A DNA stretch of 64,000 bases from Eledone cirrhosa (Eukaryota), in the NCBI GenBank assembly GCA_964016885.1, contig OZ024762.1:2170001-2234000 (forward strand), read 5' to 3'. The translations under genes and the position numbers were made by a program. The stretch's first letter is position 1. Every line of letters starts with the position of its first letter. Of this stretch, positions 62,641 through 64,000 are shown piece by piece. A model generated the notes under the pieces. It was not told the DNA's origin. It worked only from the letters and a program-made list of their open reading frames with translations, and did no database searches.

Positions 62641-64000
62641 TAATTGTTTCTACTTTTGGCACAAGGCCAGCAATTACCCAGTGCATTACTGGTACTTTAT
62701 TTTATCGACCCCGTAAGGATGAAAGGCAAAGTTTAACCTCGGTGGGATTTGAACTCAGATCATAAAGGGACGTAACTCTATGCCGCAAAGCATGGCGTCC
62801 GACCCTCTACCGATACTACCAAACGACCGCCTTCAATAATAATAATAATAATGGTTTCAGTTATTGGCCACCAGGGCCGACATGCAGGGGACAGTGGTGG
62901 GGGGTACAATAAGCTCGAGTAAAAGTGCACAATGGGGTGGAGGGTTACCCAGGGACAACTCAGGTACCCCACCAATCCTGAACCAGGACACCCCTCTCCT
63001 CCTCAATAATACAAAAAAAAGGATCGATCGACTTTCGCCAAATCGGACCAAGGAAACAATGTTCCCGCTGGTCTTTCCAGTTGCTTGTACTATCTGTCGG
63101 TCACAATTTTAGGTGAGGGGAAATTTGGTTAAATCGACCCCAATGCATTACTGGTACTTTATTTTATGCCCCCTCCCACCCCGCTGGTAAGGATGAATGG
63201 TAAAGCAACATAGCAACATATCACCATAGCAAAGCAATACATGACAACATAGCAGTGTAGTACATCCCCATAGCAACATAGCAACATATCACCAAAGCAA
63301 CATACGATCTTATCACCATAGCAACATAGCAACTTATCCCCCATAGCAACATATCATCATAGCAACATATCACCATAGCACCTTATCACCATAGCAACAT
63401 AGCAACATATCACCATAGCAACATAGTACGTACGCTAGAGCTGTCTGGACTTCCTTTGTAATAGACATAGGAGCAACCTGTAATATAATGGGGGATTTCT
63501 TGTAAATAGCTGGGATTGTAGTGTTAGAGGGAGAGTGTGTTTTTGTGGGTGTGTGTGTAGTATGTGTGTGTGGGTGTGTGTAGTATGTGTGTGTGAAAAT
63601 AGCTGGTATTATAGTTGTATTCAATAGTGCGTGTGTATACCACCACACTAGCCCCCCAACAACAACAACACTACCACTACACCCCCCACTAACACCACCA
63701 CCACCACACCACCACCACCACCACACCACTACCACCACCACACCACCACCACCACCACCACCACCACCACTACCACCACCACACCACCACTACCACCACC
63801 ACTACCACCACCACACCACCACCACCACCACCACTACCACCACCACTACTACCACCACCACACCACCACACCACTACCACCACCACCACCACTACCACCA
63901 CCACACCACCACACCACCACACCACCACACCACCACCACCACACCACCACCACACCACCACCACCACCACCACCACCACACCACACCACCACCACCACCA

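Overview
Eukaryotic, extremely microsatellite-rich DNA ((TA)n, (CA)n, (CAC)n, (GA)n). The SINE/LINE repertoire looks cephalopod (octopod-like); this is an inference. Almost all ORFs in the supplied track are microsatellite artefacts. One protein-coding gene can be rebuilt with confidence: a 14-coding-exon, minus-strand TTLL15-type tubulin-tyrosine-ligase-like gene (62306 to 45761, about 539 aa). It has an N-terminal signal-anchor and one apparent 1-nt deletion in exon 3. The most notable non-coding system is a tandem array of near-identical, highly structured 310-bp units (27651-30131), each carrying a Type I hammerhead ribozyme (8 copies, in two divergent arms). This fits a non-LTR retrozyme / Penelope-related circRNA locus. 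Several other hammerhead-bearing repeat families, often in divergent palindromes and embedded in (TA)n, are scattered through the window; one lies sense-oriented in the last TTLL15 intron. Other content: many tRNA-derived SINEs, RTE-like and R4/Dong-like LINE 3' fragments, two satellites born from LINE coding sequence, a piggyBac-like MITE with an internal satellite, palindromic MITEs and several minisatellites. Unique-sequence islands in the left half may be exons but could not be resolved into a gene.
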